Below are positions 9,735 to 19,248 of a DNA stretch of 64,000 bases, piece by piece. How positions within the stretch are numbered: position 1 is the stretch's first letter; every line of letters starts with the position of its first letter. Both the position numbers and the translations under genes were made by a program. Under the pieces are notes generated by a model. That model was not told where the DNA came from. It made no database searches and worked only from the letters and a program-made list of their open reading frames with translations. This DNA is from Candidatus Colimorpha enterica. Its GTDB lineage: Bacteria > Bacillota > Clostridia > Oscillospirales > CAG-272. The DNA is taken from contig FR891099.1 in the NCBI GenBank assembly GCA_000433515.1, positions 397 through 64,396 of the forward strand, read 5' to 3'.

Positions 9735-10220
9735 TCACTCGCAAAATGTTGTCATCCCACCTGCTAAGTTGATAATCTGTTTATTCTGTTTTTTTGCGTA
9801 CAGGACTGTCTGATACGCTCCTCCACTTTTCCGTTCAATATAGCACAACACTAAATCGGCTCTGTCAACCATCTCACGATTGCGAACCTGCATTGCGGCT
9901 TTGAAATGTGCCACCGAGGAACTTTGGCATATCTCCACTTCGTCGTAATACTCTTGAAAGGCTTCTTCATTCTTTTCATACTCAGCCGACAGATAAGGAA
10001 GCACAAGAACAAGTGCGCTATTGTCGTCACGATAATTCCTCTTGACACGACGAACTGTCGAGGATACAAGTTGGTCAAATTCTCCGTTTCGTCCAACTAA
10101 AAACTCAACATATTCTTTGCTTTCAAGCAGGATTCGTATATGCTCTTCCAGCTTTTCTTCCAACTCAAAAAGATTGTAAATTTCTCTGTGACCGAAAAAA
10201 CATACAGTATAAGTGTTCAT
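9735..10220 (-). CDS. DUF1273/YpsA-like SLOG-fold protein
   Basis: 161 aa. VCFFGHREI...EFLVGRNGEFDQLV...LVLPY...DRADLVLCY..GGAYQTV follows the YpsA/DprA-like SLOG pattern as recalled from memory. Confidence 0.55.
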   Translation of the reverse strand: MNTYTVCFFGHREIYNLFELEEKLEEHIRILLESKEYVEFLVGRNGEFDQLVSSTVRRVKRNYRDDNSALVLVLPYLSAEYEKNEEAFQEYYDEVEICQSSSVAHFKAAMQVRNREMVDRADLVLCYIERKSGGAYQTVLYAKKQNKQIINLAGGMTTFCE

Positions 10221-10242
10221 AAATAATCTCTCCCAATAAAAT

Positions 10243-10272
10243 ACCCACCGAACCTCTTTTGGTGCGGTGGGT
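10243..10272 (-). promoter_or_regulatory. terminator-like hairpin in the leader of the SLOG gene
   Basis: ACCCACCG...CGGTGGGT is an 8-bp stem with inner ACC/GGT pairing. On the minus strand it is followed by AUUUUAUUGGGAGAG (the RBS) and the ATG at 10220. Confidence 0.35.
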
Positions 10273-10462
10273 TATCTTATAATGACTCGACTACCTCTTT
10301 TAAGGTCTCTTGCGAAACAACAAAGCCGGAAACTCTTACATATAGCGAGAGTTATGCTGCTTTATAAAAATAAATGTGTGTATAGCGGTCATTTAAGATT
10401 CTGTTGGTTCGTTTCCGTTATTTCAGTCATTATATCATATATAAACCCATATTACAAGAGTT

Positions 10463-10492
10463 TTACAGCCACACAGCCAATAATTTTATAGT
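10463..10492 (+). promoter_or_regulatory. candidate sigma-A promoter of the XRE gene
   Basis: TTACAG, an 18-nt spacer, then TATAGT, about 37 nt upstream of ATG 10529. Confidence 0.35.
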
Positions 10493-10528
10493 GTGTATGG
10501 GTTAAAATATTATAAAGGCGGTGAGATT

Positions 10529-10840
10529 ATGGATGAAAAGGACTTTGCTTTGCGCCTTGCACAGCTCCGTGAAAAGAAAAATGTGTCTGCAAGGGAAATG
10601 AGTTTAGCCATCGGACAGAACGCAGGATATATCAATAATATCGAATCGGGGAAATCCTTACCCTCGTTACCGGGCGTTTTTTATATATGCGATTACTTAG
10701 GTGTTTCTGTTAGTGAGTTTTTTGATCTTGGCTCAAATAACCCAAACAAGTTAGATTCCATTATTAAAGATATGAAGAAATTGGATGATCAACAGCTTGA
10801 TACGATTGCAAATCTTGTAAAAGGTTTGATTAAAAGGTAA
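10529..10840 (+). CDS. XRE-family HTH transcriptional regulator
   Basis: Start moved to MDEKDFALRLAQLREKKNVSAREMSLAIGQNAGYINNIESGKSLPS (Cro/C1-type HTH), with GGTGAG upstream. This is the only plus-strand gene in the conjugative region. Confidence 0.85.
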   Translation: MDEKDFALRLAQLREKKNVSAREMSLAIGQNAGYINNIESGKSLPSLPGVFYICDYLGVSVSEFFDLGSNNPNKLDSIIKDMKKLDDQQLDTIANLVKGLIKR

Positions 10841-10850
10841 ATATGTAGAG

Positions 10851-10883
10851 AAGATGCCACCCTCGAAGGGCGGCATCTTTTTT
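10851..10883. terminator. bidirectional terminator between convergent XRE and CHAP genes
   Basis: AAGATGCCACCC-TCGAA-GGGCGGCATCTTTTTT, with an A-run before and a T-run after the stem. Confidence 0.7.
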
Positions 10884-12522
10884 AGTATTGTGGAACGCCA
10901 TAGCCGAGTATCTCATAGTGATCGACAGAGTATTGATTTACTCTGCAACTGTCACCGGAGTTGCCTTCGACGGTATAGACAATTCCGTTTTCAACCTTTT
11001 GCACGATACCAACATGGTCGGAGAGTCCGTCCTGCGGACCTGACGAGCCTTTATTATCCCAATCAAAGAAGATAATCATACCGGGAACAGGCTCGCCAGA
11101 GCCGTCCATCCATTGACCTCTGTCCTTGAACCACTGCACACCGTTTACACAGCCTGCAAACTTCGGAATAACACCGGTGTCAATATATCCGCACTCATTG
11201 GCACACCAAGATACAAAGCAGGCGCACCACTCCACACGGGAGCCGAAGCCGTACCAACTCCAATACGGCTGACCTCCGGTATTTCCGACTTGCGAAATTG
11301 CTACCGACACTATATCCTCGCCGCCGGCACAATAGCCGTAAAGAACACCGCTCCACATTTTCTTGTTTTCGTCAGAAAGAAGTTCTCTGAGTTGTTCCTT
11401 TTGTTCGTCGGTAAAGCCGTACTGCTGTGCCATTTCATCGGCAGATTTATGCGTTACCCGAATATACAGATAGGTTCTTGTGACACTCTCCGTTGTCTCG
11501 ACAATATTCCCGTTGCCGTCATCTGTTTCTGTCACCACATTTTCGGTCTTTGTCGCAGTATTAAAGGAGATTTCGTTCATAGACCAAAAGACATCCTTTA
11601 ATATCTGCCGTTTGCCCTCGTCAATGGACGCAACTTCTTGAGGATTATTCGGGTCTCCTGCGGTTTTTACGGCATAGACAGACAGCACCTCCGGCCATAC
11701 GGCACGACTTCCCGACATTTCAAGCACATCATACGCAACCGTGCCTTTTGTCTCATTTATCTTAGCTTCATATTCAGTGTTAATATCCGAGATAACGGTC
11801 TGCATGGTTATACCGCTTCCCGTATCTTCACCGCTGAAAAAGATTCCGAAGCAGGAGCCGACAATCAAAGCAATAAGACAAATCACGATGATAATAACAA
11901 CGGCTACCCAACCGCCTGCGGCAATAGCCGCAATCAACGCTTTTACTCCCGCTATAGCCGCTTTAACGGCGGCGGCTACGGCTTTTGCCGTAATAACCGC
12001 CGCCTTATACGTTGCCCGTGCCGCTTGCCTTGCAGCCTGTGCCGCCATTTTTGCGGCTTTGGCACTTGCTTCGGCGGTTTTCTTTGCCGCCTTTGCTGTT
12101 TTTTCTGCGGTTTTAACCGTAGTTTTTGCCGTTTGCTGTGCCGTTTTTACGGTGCGCTGTCCGGTCTTGATGCTCTTTTGAAGCGTTTTTGCCGTAGATT
12201 TTCCCGTAGACTTTGCGGTTTGCTTTATGGCGTCCGTTTCCTTACGAGTGCGGCGTATTTCTTTGTATAGCCGCTTGCCGCCGTCATAGGTTTTTTGGAC
12301 GGTTTTCTTCGCTGCTTTCCCGGTATCCTCTATGGCAGATTCAGCCATATACTTGATTTTATCCTCGGCATATTTATCAGGGGTTATCTGCCCGTCATCG
12401 GATAGATTCTGTACCTGATCCTTTGTGCGAACGGTTGCGTCCTTTGTCACTTTGGCAAGCCCTGCCGCACGGTCAAGCATTTTAATGTCCTTTTTGCTTT
12501 CTCTCGTTTTGATGTCTTTCAT
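10882..12522 (-). CDS. T4SS cell-wall hydrolase: K/A/T-rich N-terminus, TM helix, C-terminal CHAP (NlpC/P60-like) amidase
   Basis: C-terminus reads ...[17 protein letters not shown]...[23 protein letters not shown] (CHAP Cys/His pattern). The N-terminus has a low-complexity KTAKT/AAKAA tract and the helix [27 protein letters not shown]. Confidence 0.85.
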   Translation of the reverse strand: MKDIKTRESKKDIKMLDRAAGLAKVTKDATVRTKDQVQNLSDDGQITPDKYAEDKIKYMAESAIEDTGKAAKKTVQKTYDGGKRLYKEIRRTRKETDAIKQTAKSTGKSTAKTLQKSIKTGQRTVKTAQQTAKTTVKTAEKTAKAAKKTAEASAKAAKMAAQAARQAARATYKAAVITAKAVAAAVKAAIAGVKALIAAIAAGGWVAVVIIIVICLIALIVGSCFGIFFSGEDTGSGITMQTVISDINTEYEAKINETKGTVAYDVLEMSGSRAVWPEVLSVYAVKTAGDPNNPQEVASIDEGKRQILKDVFWSMNEISFNTATKTENVVTETDDGNGNIVETTESVTRTYLYIRVTHKSADEMAQQYGFTDEQKEQLRELLSDENKKMWSGVLYGYCAGGEDIVSVAISQVGNTGGQPYWSWYGFGSRVEWCACFVSWCANECGYIDTGVIPKFAGCVNGVQWFKDRGQWMDGSGEPVPGMIIFFDWDNKGSSGPQDGLSDHVGIVQKVENGIVYTVEGNSGDSCRVNQYSVDHYEILGYGVPQY

Positions 12523-12535
12523 CAGGACACCTCGC

Positions 12536-13282
12536 TTATCTCACATTGTCTTTGACCGGAGTAGGAGTATCCTTTGCAGTGGTCTTTCCGTTAAAGAAAT
12601 CCAGATCGGCTTTGACAGAATCCTTGATACGGTTATATCTTAACTTGTCGGCAAGGTTAAGCGACTTATTTTCAAGTGAAGAAAATCCATTGCTCATTTT
12701 TGAAAATAAGTTTTGAAGTCTTGAAAGCACACCTTTGTCTTGCTTTACAAACTCCTGTTCCTTTGCGCCTTTTCCAAAGAATAACCGCCCGGCGTTTATC
12801 AAATGCTTCTTTGCGCCGCCGAGTTCCATTCGTGCGTTCTGAATATTTTGAACGCTCTCATTCATAGAAACGGTAAAGCTGTGAAAGACCTTGCCGAGCT
12901 TATCCAGCGTTTCGGGAATCTTCATTGCGTTGATGGCGTTCTTAAAGGCTTCTTTGCCTTTCTCCTTAAACACCTTAACGGCATTTTCTGCCGATGCAAT
13001 CAGATTGTTCTTTGCTTTGTTGACCGTCTCAATTCCTTGACGGATTTTGCTGTCTGCCGTATGAATCAGATTTTCGCATTTCGCCTTAATCGAGCTGTTA
13101 TGAATCATATTGACTTCTTTACGCATTTCCTGCATTTCTGCAAGCATTGCAGACAGAGTGTGCTCCATATCTCCGATATAGGAAACAAGGGCGGAAACCT
13201 CGCCCTTTTCTTTGTGCATACCGTTTTCTTCAAGCGTTTCAAGCAGTTCGATTATTTGCGGATTGTTTCTTAATTCATCCAT
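12536..13282 (-). CDS. conjugative-element coiled-coil protein, function unknown
   Basis: 248 aa with GAGGAGG upstream. 13-nt overlap with virB4. Helical heptad-like sequence; no motif recognised. Confidence 0.5.
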   Translation of the reverse strand: MDELRNNPQIIELLETLEENGMHKEKGEVSALVSYIGDMEHTLSAMLAEMQEMRKEVNMIHNSSIKAKCENLIHTADSKIRQGIETVNKAKNNLIASAENAVKVFKEKGKEAFKNAINAMKIPETLDKLGKVFHSFTVSMNESVQNIQNARMELGGAKKHLINAGRLFFGKGAKEQEFVKQDKGVLSRLQNLFSKMSNGFSSLENKSLNLADKLRYNRIKDSVKADLDFFNGKTTAKDTPTPVKDNVR

Positions 13283-15624
13283 CTATTTTCCTCCTCTCTT
13301 CGTTCTCCGAATTTTGTGGTCATGAGCGCATATAACTTCGTATTCTTCGGGAATTTATTGACGAACGGCACGAGCGCCGAGCCGACTTTCATAAGCCCGC
13401 GTCCTGCTTCAACATTGGTGATATACGAAAGCTGTGTATCTGATATATTCAAGAGCTCTGCAAGCTTAATTCTGTCAGTAGACGCCTGATTGAGCATGAT
13501 AACGAACTCCGAGTTTGCAAGCATAGTTCTTGCGGTATGGCTCTGCAAAAGGTCATCCACGTTCTGCGTAATACCGGTACAGAACGCACCGTACTTTCTG
13601 ACACGTTTCCAAAGGGTAAACAGGAAGTTTGCCGAATACTCATGCTGGAACAAAAGATAGATTTCGTCGATGATGATAAAGGTGTTTTTGCCCTTGGCAC
13701 GGTTGGCAGTAATGCGGTTCAATATACTGTCAAGAACAACGAGCATACCGATGGGCAAAAGCTGTTTGCCGAGATCGAGAATGTCATAGCAGATAAGGCG
13801 GTTGTTGACATCTACATTTGTTTCCTTTGCAAATGTGTTAAGCGAACCGTCGGTGAAAAGCTCAATGGCAAGAGCAATTTCCTGTGCTTCAGGTTCACTT
13901 TGTTTGAGAAGGTCTGCACGGAAATCCTTTAAGGTTGGCACCTTTCCTTTGTATCCGCGCTTTCGGTAGTTGCGGTAAACATTCTTTGCACAGCGGTCAA
14001 TCAGCGACTTTTCCTGTGCTCCGAGACTGCGGCTGCCGATAAGCTGCTCGCAAAGAGACAAAATGAACTCCGATTTTAAGATAAGCGGATCTTCGCCGTC
14101 ACCGTAGTCGCTGTTCATATCCATTGCATTGATGTGGTTTTTACTCGTAGCGGAAATGTCGATAATCGCACCGCCCATAGCTTTGACAAGGGGCGCATAC
14201 TCTCGCTCGGGGTCAATGATGATAATATCCGAATCTCCCGCAAGCATAAGGTTTGCAATTTCACATTTGCCGGTAAAGGATTTACCCGAACCGGACACAC
14301 CCAAGATAAACGAATTACCGTTCAAAAGACATTTGCGGTTGGCAATAATCATATTGTTGCTTATGGCATTCTGCCCGTAATAGATGCCGTGTTCATGAGC
14401 GACCTCCTGAACCTTGAACGGCATAAACACTGCAAGGCTTTCGGTAGTCAGCGTTCGAGTCGCCTGTATCTTTTTACAACCGATTGGAAGCACGGTATTA
14501 AGTCCGTCGGTCTGCTGAAATTTCAAAACGGCAAGCTGGCACAGGTGCCGTCTTGCCGTCGAAAGTATGGTTTCTGTATCCGCATCAAGCTGTTCTTTGC
14601 TGTCCGCCATGTGCGCCATTGTAACGGTGGCACACATCATTCGCTGATCGCGGGTGGTTAGGTCATTCAAAAACTCCTTGCTTTCTTTACGCTGAAGCTC
14701 CATATCGTAAGGAACAACCGCTGAAAAGTTGTTGTTTTGATTTTGCTTTCTCTGCCAGTTGGTTATATTCGTCTCCACGCCGAGCAGACGGTTCTCAACT
14801 TCACGCACCGCCTCATCCATAGGGATGGGGACAATATCAATGGACAACATCATATTGCGATTGAGTTCCGTAAGCTCTGATACCATGCTGTCTTTGATAT
14901 ACGATGCGTAGTCCTTTAAGAAAAGCACACGCACATATTTCTCGCCAAGCTTCACATAATCGTCGGCTCTCTCCATAGAATCGGGACAGATATAGTCCTT
15001 GAAATCGTGTCCCTTTTTCATCATGTCCGAGAGTTCAAAATGAAAGTTTTCTTCCTCTCCGGCACGGTAAAAGTCGTGAAGCAGCCGAAGTTTTTCGGTA
15101 GCGTCCAATTCCTCACATTTAGAGCCGAGAGCAGAAAAGTGGGCGCGAAGGTCTGACGCAATTCGGGCAAAGTAGGTACGGGCTTCCTCAATGTCCTTTT
15201 TGACAATCGAAACGGTCAAATACTTTTCTTGAATGATTCCGTTTGCGTTGCTTGCTTTGTCAAGCAAGATGTTGTTGTATTCCTCTCGGTAGCAGTCAAG
15301 CTCATCGCCGGTTTTGGGGATAAGGATTTCCTTTTCAAAATTCACCTTATTGATACGGCGATTGTTGATGGTAAGCTTTGTAGTCGCCCCGCTGTCAAGA
15401 CTGTTGAGCAGTTCGGAATACGCTAAAAACATTGTTTCTTTATCTTCCTTGCCGGCAACAAGATAGTTGATGTCGGTAAACCGAAAGGTTTTTGCAAACT
15501 TATTTCCGACTTTGAAAATACCGTCCTCCCATATTGCGGAAATTGGGATATAATCGTGAACCGACCTCGGGACGGTATATTTCTCTTTATCCTGTTTAAG
15601 CATATTTTTAAGCGATTTCATCAT
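13270..15624 (-). CDS. virB4: VirB4-family T4SS ATPase
   Basis: 784 aa. Walker A is LGVSGSGKSF and Walker B-like is FIIIDEIYLLF. Length and position after PrgI are typical of Firmicutes MPF-FA/FATA systems. Confidence 0.9.
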   Translation of the reverse strand: MMKSLKNMLKQDKEKYTVPRSVHDYIPISAIWEDGIFKVGNKFAKTFRFTDINYLVAGKEDKETMFLAYSELLNSLDSGATTKLTINNRRINKVNFEKEILIPKTGDELDCYREEYNNILLDKASNANGIIQEKYLTVSIVKKDIEEARTYFARIASDLRAHFSALGSKCEELDATEKLRLLHDFYRAGEEENFHFELSDMMKKGHDFKDYICPDSMERADDYVKLGEKYVRVLFLKDYASYIKDSMVSELTELNRNMMLSIDIVPIPMDEAVREVENRLLGVETNITNWQRKQNQNNNFSAVVPYDMELQRKESKEFLNDLTTRDQRMMCATVTMAHMADSKEQLDADTETILSTARRHLCQLAVLKFQQTDGLNTVLPIGCKKIQATRTLTTESLAVFMPFKVQEVAHEHGIYYGQNAISNNMIIANRKCLLNGNSFILGVSGSGKSFTGKCEIANLMLAGDSDIIIIDPEREYAPLVKAMGGAIIDISATSKNHINAMDMNSDYGDGEDPLILKSEFILSLCEQLIGSRSLGAQEKSLIDRCAKNVYRNYRKRGYKGKVPTLKDFRADLLKQSEPEAQEIALAIELFTDGSLNTFAKETNVDVNNRLICYDILDLGKQLLPIGMLVVLDSILNRITANRAKGKNTFIIIDEIYLLFQHEYSANFLFTLWKRVRKYGAFCTGITQNVDDLLQSHTARTMLANSEFVIMLNQASTDRIKLAELLNISDTQLSYITNVEAGRGLMKVGSALVPFVNKFPKNTKLYALMTTKFGERREEENRWMN

Positions 15625-15971
15625 ATCGTTTTCTTTTCCTCCTTCTGAGATTTTTCCATTGCCGCCGAGTATAGCGTGTCACATTCAAACTTGACCTTTA
15701 TAGGTTCAATAAATTTTGACTTTAACCACGCCCATGCGAACTGTTCGGCGGTCATACCGTTATAGGTTACAAAACCGCAGGCGATAAACGGGGCCGCACC
15801 GAGCATACACATCCAAGACAGCGTTTCAACACCGAAGAACGGCTTGAGTACAAAGTATAAAAGCACCGCCATACCGCAACCTATAACAGCAAAAATGAAC
15901 TGTCGCATTGACAGTCCGAAAAACATAGACTCCGTGTAATTTCGAATTTCACGGTTGATTTTTATTTCCAA
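15621..15971 (-). CDS. PrgI/VirB3-like small membrane protein
   Basis: 116 aa. REIRNYTESMFFGLSMRQFIFAVIGCGMAVLLYFVL plus a second TM helix. ATGA overlap with virB4. Confidence 0.7.
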   Translation of the reverse strand: MEIKINREIRNYTESMFFGLSMRQFIFAVIGCGMAVLLYFVLKPFFGVETLSWMCMLGAAPFIACGFVTYNGMTAEQFAWAWLKSKFIEPIKVKFECDTLYSAAMEKSQKEEKKTI

Positions 15972-15984
15972 ACAAATTCCTCCT

Positions 15985-16821
15985 TTACAGCCCCATCATT
16001 TCACGCACAATGCGGTCCGCCATTTTAACGCTGCCGACGAGAACAAGCATATTGAATATCAGCTCACCCACATAGCTCCACACCTGCGTAACCGCTGCTG
16101 CGGAAGTATCTACCGTCGGCGGACTTGAAGCGAATACCGAAAAGATTACACAGGCAAGCACGATAATTGCACCTTCAAGAAGTACGGCGCAGTAGCTTTT
16201 TAGAAATGTCTTTCCCACATTCTCGGTTGGCTGTCCCGCAAATGTGGAAAGCGGAACAGGGGCGATTGCCGAGTACATATAGATTTTGAAGAATCGCCCG
16301 TAAACGCTCATAATCATAATAAAAGACAGCACAGTTATGAATAATCCGCCAATCAGCGTAACTGCCCATAGCGGTATCGACTCCCAAAATCCGCAGTTTT
16401 CAATGGCATCAATTATGCTTTGCGGCAATGCTGTTGAAGATGAACTGGCTATTCCGGAAGCCGTCATTATCTTGGAAATAACGCCTTGCACAATGACCAT
16501 CAGTTTGAGCATCAATTCGAGGCCGTAGGTTATAACACCCTTTGCAAGCGCAAAACGGATAAACAGCTTTAAGGCATGTTCCGGTTTCTTCACTTCTGTT
16601 AAAGAACCGCAGGTTTTCACAACGCCTACAACAAAAAACAGGACGAGCAAAGCATATCCGATAGCCTGCAACGCCCCATGAATACTCAGTATTACCTGCC
16701 ATATCGCACCGCCCTTAAAGTTTTCGGGTGATTGCGTAAGCAGCGTCCATATCTCTGCAAACTTTGAGTTCCAGGTTTCAAGTGCGTTCTGTAAATTCTG
16801 AACTACCCAGTTATCGGACAA
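15985..16821 (-). CDS. VirB6/TrbL-like polytopic T4SS membrane protein
   Basis: 278 aa with a TTG start and AAGGAG 9 nt upstream. At least 5 predicted TM helices. Sits between the Maff2-like and PrgI-like genes. Confidence 0.65.
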   Translation of the reverse strand: MSDNWVVQNLQNALETWNSKFAEIWTLLTQSPENFKGGAIWQVILSIHGALQAIGYALLVLFFVVGVVKTCGSLTEVKKPEHALKLFIRFALAKGVITYGLELMLKLMVIVQGVISKIMTASGIASSSSTALPQSIIDAIENCGFWESIPLWAVTLIGGLFITVLSFIMIMSVYGRFFKIYMYSAIAPVPLSTFAGQPTENVGKTFLKSYCAVLLEGAIIVLACVIFSVFASSPPTVDTSAAAVTQVWSYVGELIFNMLVLVGSVKMADRIVREMMGL

Positions 16822-16846
16822 GTTTCATCACTCCTTTCAAAGATTT

Positions 16847-16876
16847 GCCGGGCGGAGCTTTTCGGCTCCGTCCGGC
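16847..16876 (-). promoter_or_regulatory. strong intergenic stem-loop (11/12 bp) between the Maff2-like and VirB6-like genes
   Basis: Minus strand GCCGGACGGAGC-CGAAAA-GCTCCGCCCGGC with a weak U-tract (AAAUCUUU). Possible attenuator or mRNA stabiliser. Confidence 0.35.
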
Positions 16877-16883
16877 TTCTTGC

Positions 16884-17237
16884 TCAACCCGTAATGAGAT
16901 TAAGAATCTCTTTTGCAAAGGTAATGACAATACCGCCCGCAACCGTCAAAAAGCCGTTGGCTCTCTGCGACGGATCGTGGGATTTAAGCGAAAGTCCCAC
17001 CTGCACGATACCGAAGCCGAGCATAATAAGACCGATTGCTCGGATAAGTCCGAAAATGAAATCGGACAAGTTGTTGACTACGGTAAGCGGATCATCATTT
17101 GCGGCAAATGCCGTCATAGACATGGTAAACATAAGTGCTACCACAAGCACAATGGCACAGTAAATACTAAAGCCCTTTCTGACCTTGCCGGTCATCGGGA
17201 GCTTAGTGGTGTTCTTTTTGGGATGTGTTTTCTTCAT
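16884..17237 (-). CDS. Maff2-/VirB2-like small membrane protein (tentative)
   Basis: 117 aa with a signal-like N-terminus (..FTMSMTAFAAND). Two hydrophobic helices flank LSLKSHDPSQRANGF. Position next to the coupling-protein gene. Confidence 0.55.
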   Translation of the reverse strand: MKKTHPKKNTTKLPMTGKVRKGFSIYCAIVLVVALMFTMSMTAFAANDDPLTVVNNLSDFIFGLIRAIGLIMLGFGIVQVGLSLKSHDPSQRANGFLTVAGGIVITFAKEILNLITG

Positions 17238-19095
17238 GATTTTTTTCCTCCATTTTTTCTTTTTTTAAGATTTCTTCAATTTCTTCTTCGGTCAAAATAG
17301 CAAAGTCTCCGACTTCATCGGTGACCTCAAACGGTTCCAGCTTCAAAACATCCCTGTCAAACCGGAAACTGCCGATACTGTAATTCGGTCGGGTATGGTC
17401 ATAAGGTTCGGCTCTGCCGTCTACCGAGAGTTTGATATTCGGGTGCTTCAATATGTCATACTTCAAATCCATAATCGGTCGTTCACCTCGGATAAAGAGT
17501 AGGGCATATTTGTTATCCAGCATCCGAACCTCATCCGGGGTCATCAACTCACGCCCGGTTATCTGCCAGTTGGTAGAATAGTTGCCGTTCCGTCCTTTCG
17601 ATTGCCCGTAGGTATTCATATCAATGGTTTCTTTGCCGAGTAGTTTAGACACATACTCATGGGTGGACTGTTCGTTGCCGCCCAAGTACAAAAATTCGTC
17701 GCAGTTACCGACAATGGATTCCCATTCTTTTTCAAAGAGCTTTTTGAGCTGAGCCAAATTCTGTATGATAATTGAAACAGATATTTCACGGCTTCGCATT
17801 GTGGAAAGGAGCTTATCAAACTCATCCGGCAGGGCGACATTCGCAAACTCGTCCATTACAAAATGCACATGAACCGGTAGTCTGCCGCCGTGCTTTACAT
17901 CCGCACTGTAATAGAGCTGTTGGAAAAGCTGGGTATAAAGCATACCGACAATAAAGTTGTAGCTTGAATCGTTATCAGGGATAACCGCATAAATAGCGAT
18001 CTTTTCTTCTCCGAGTCTGTCAAGCTCCATTTCGTCCGATTGGGTGATGGCGGCAAGGCTGTCAAGGTTGAATTTTTCCAGTCGGGCTACAAGGGTTATC
18101 TGAATGGATTTCAGAGTTTTACCGGAACCCGAACGATAGTTGCGGTAATATTTCAGTGCAATATGGTCGGGACTTCTTTCGGCAAGACGGGAAAACAGTC
18201 GGTCAAGCGGCGACATAAATCCATCGTCATCCTCCTTAACTTCACCGGAGCGTATCATCTCCATAACCATCGGGAAATTTTGCTCTTCGGGCGGCGCTTC
18301 GTAGTGCAAATAGAAAACAAGTGCCAACAGCAGCATCATTGCCGCTTGATCCCAAAACGGGTCCTGCGACTGACTGCCTTTTGGCGTGGTGTTCTTAAAA
18401 ATGTTCGTGACAAGCTTTTGAATATCATTATCCGAATGAAGATAAACAAATGGGTTATAGCAATAACTCTTATCCATATTGATGAGATCAAGAACTTTGA
18501 TGTCATAACCTTTTGCTTTCAAGAGACTTCCTGTATCCCGCACATTCTCTCCCTTCGGATCGAGAATGACAAAGCTTGTATTTGCCTGCATAATGTTCGG
18601 TTTGGCATAGAACCTTGTTTTGCCGGCACCTGAACCGCCGCACACAAGTACATTCAAATTTCGTCGGTGTTTATGACCGTCAAGACCGATTTTCGTTTTC
18701 TGCGTCAGAATCTTGTTTTCTTCGGGCTTTGCTTTATTCTCATACTTTTTGTTTACCTGTCCGGCATTGCCCCAATGTGCCGAACCGTGTTCTTCACGGC
18801 GGCGATAATTTCTTGCGGTGGATACATAAACGATAATACCGATAACATATGCGCATAGAAAAACGAGGACAGTTTTTAAGCTGTCCTCGCACCATACAAT
18901 ATGAAACGGATTGCCGAATATTGCCGCAAGATTTGTGATGAGGTTTGGAAGTCCCAAACCGATGGCAGGAGCAACAAGAAGTCCGAGCCATACGGTCGGG
19001 AGCAAACCTAACAGATAGAGAATAATATTCGCCCGGGAGAATTTATCTTCCCGCACGGTCTGCCTTTCGCTTTTCTTTCTTTGTCGGGGCGTCAA
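17203..19095 (-). CDS. virD4: VirD4/TraG-type type IV coupling protein
   Basis: 630 aa. N-terminal TM helices, Walker A VLVCGGSGAGKT and Walker B-like VHFVMDEFAN. The track start is TTG and the exact start is uncertain. Confidence 0.9.
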   Translation of the reverse strand: MTPRQRKKSERQTVREDKFSRANIILYLLGLLPTVWLGLLVAPAIGLGLPNLITNLAAIFGNPFHIVWCEDSLKTVLVFLCAYVIGIIVYVSTARNYRRREEHGSAHWGNAGQVNKKYENKAKPEENKILTQKTKIGLDGHKHRRNLNVLVCGGSGAGKTRFYAKPNIMQANTSFVILDPKGENVRDTGSLLKAKGYDIKVLDLINMDKSYCYNPFVYLHSDNDIQKLVTNIFKNTTPKGSQSQDPFWDQAAMMLLLALVFYLHYEAPPEEQNFPMVMEMIRSGEVKEDDDGFMSPLDRLFSRLAERSPDHIALKYYRNYRSGSGKTLKSIQITLVARLEKFNLDSLAAITQSDEMELDRLGEEKIAIYAVIPDNDSSYNFIVGMLYTQLFQQLYYSADVKHGGRLPVHVHFVMDEFANVALPDEFDKLLSTMRSREISVSIIIQNLAQLKKLFEKEWESIVGNCDEFLYLGGNEQSTHEYVSKLLGKETIDMNTYGQSKGRNGNYSTNWQITGRELMTPDEVRMLDNKYALLFIRGERPIMDLKYDILKHPNIKLSVDGRAEPYDHTRPNYSIGSFRFDRDVLKLEPFEVTDEVGDFAILTEEEIEEILKKEKMEEKNHEENTSQKEHH

Positions 19096-19234
19096 TGGCT
19101 TTTATGAGCAAATCGTCAATATCTTCGGTAGGTTTACCTTCCTCCATATATTCCGTTCTTGCTTTATTGATACAGCCAACAAGCAAACGGTGCTCAAAAT
19201 CGTCCATCGTCATAATTCGCTTTGCTTCTGTCAT
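19043..19234 (-). CDS. small conserved protein; paralogue of 26351..26524
   Basis: 63 aa. ...CINKARTEYMEEGKPTEDIDDLLIKA aligns with ...VMKARNAYIDERKPTEDVDELLCKL in the second copy. Confidence 0.5.
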   Translation of the reverse strand: MTEAKRIMTMDDFEHRLLVGCINKARTEYMEEGKPTEDIDDLLIKAIDAPTKKEKRKADRAGR

Positions 19235-19248
19235 AGCGAATTCCTCCT

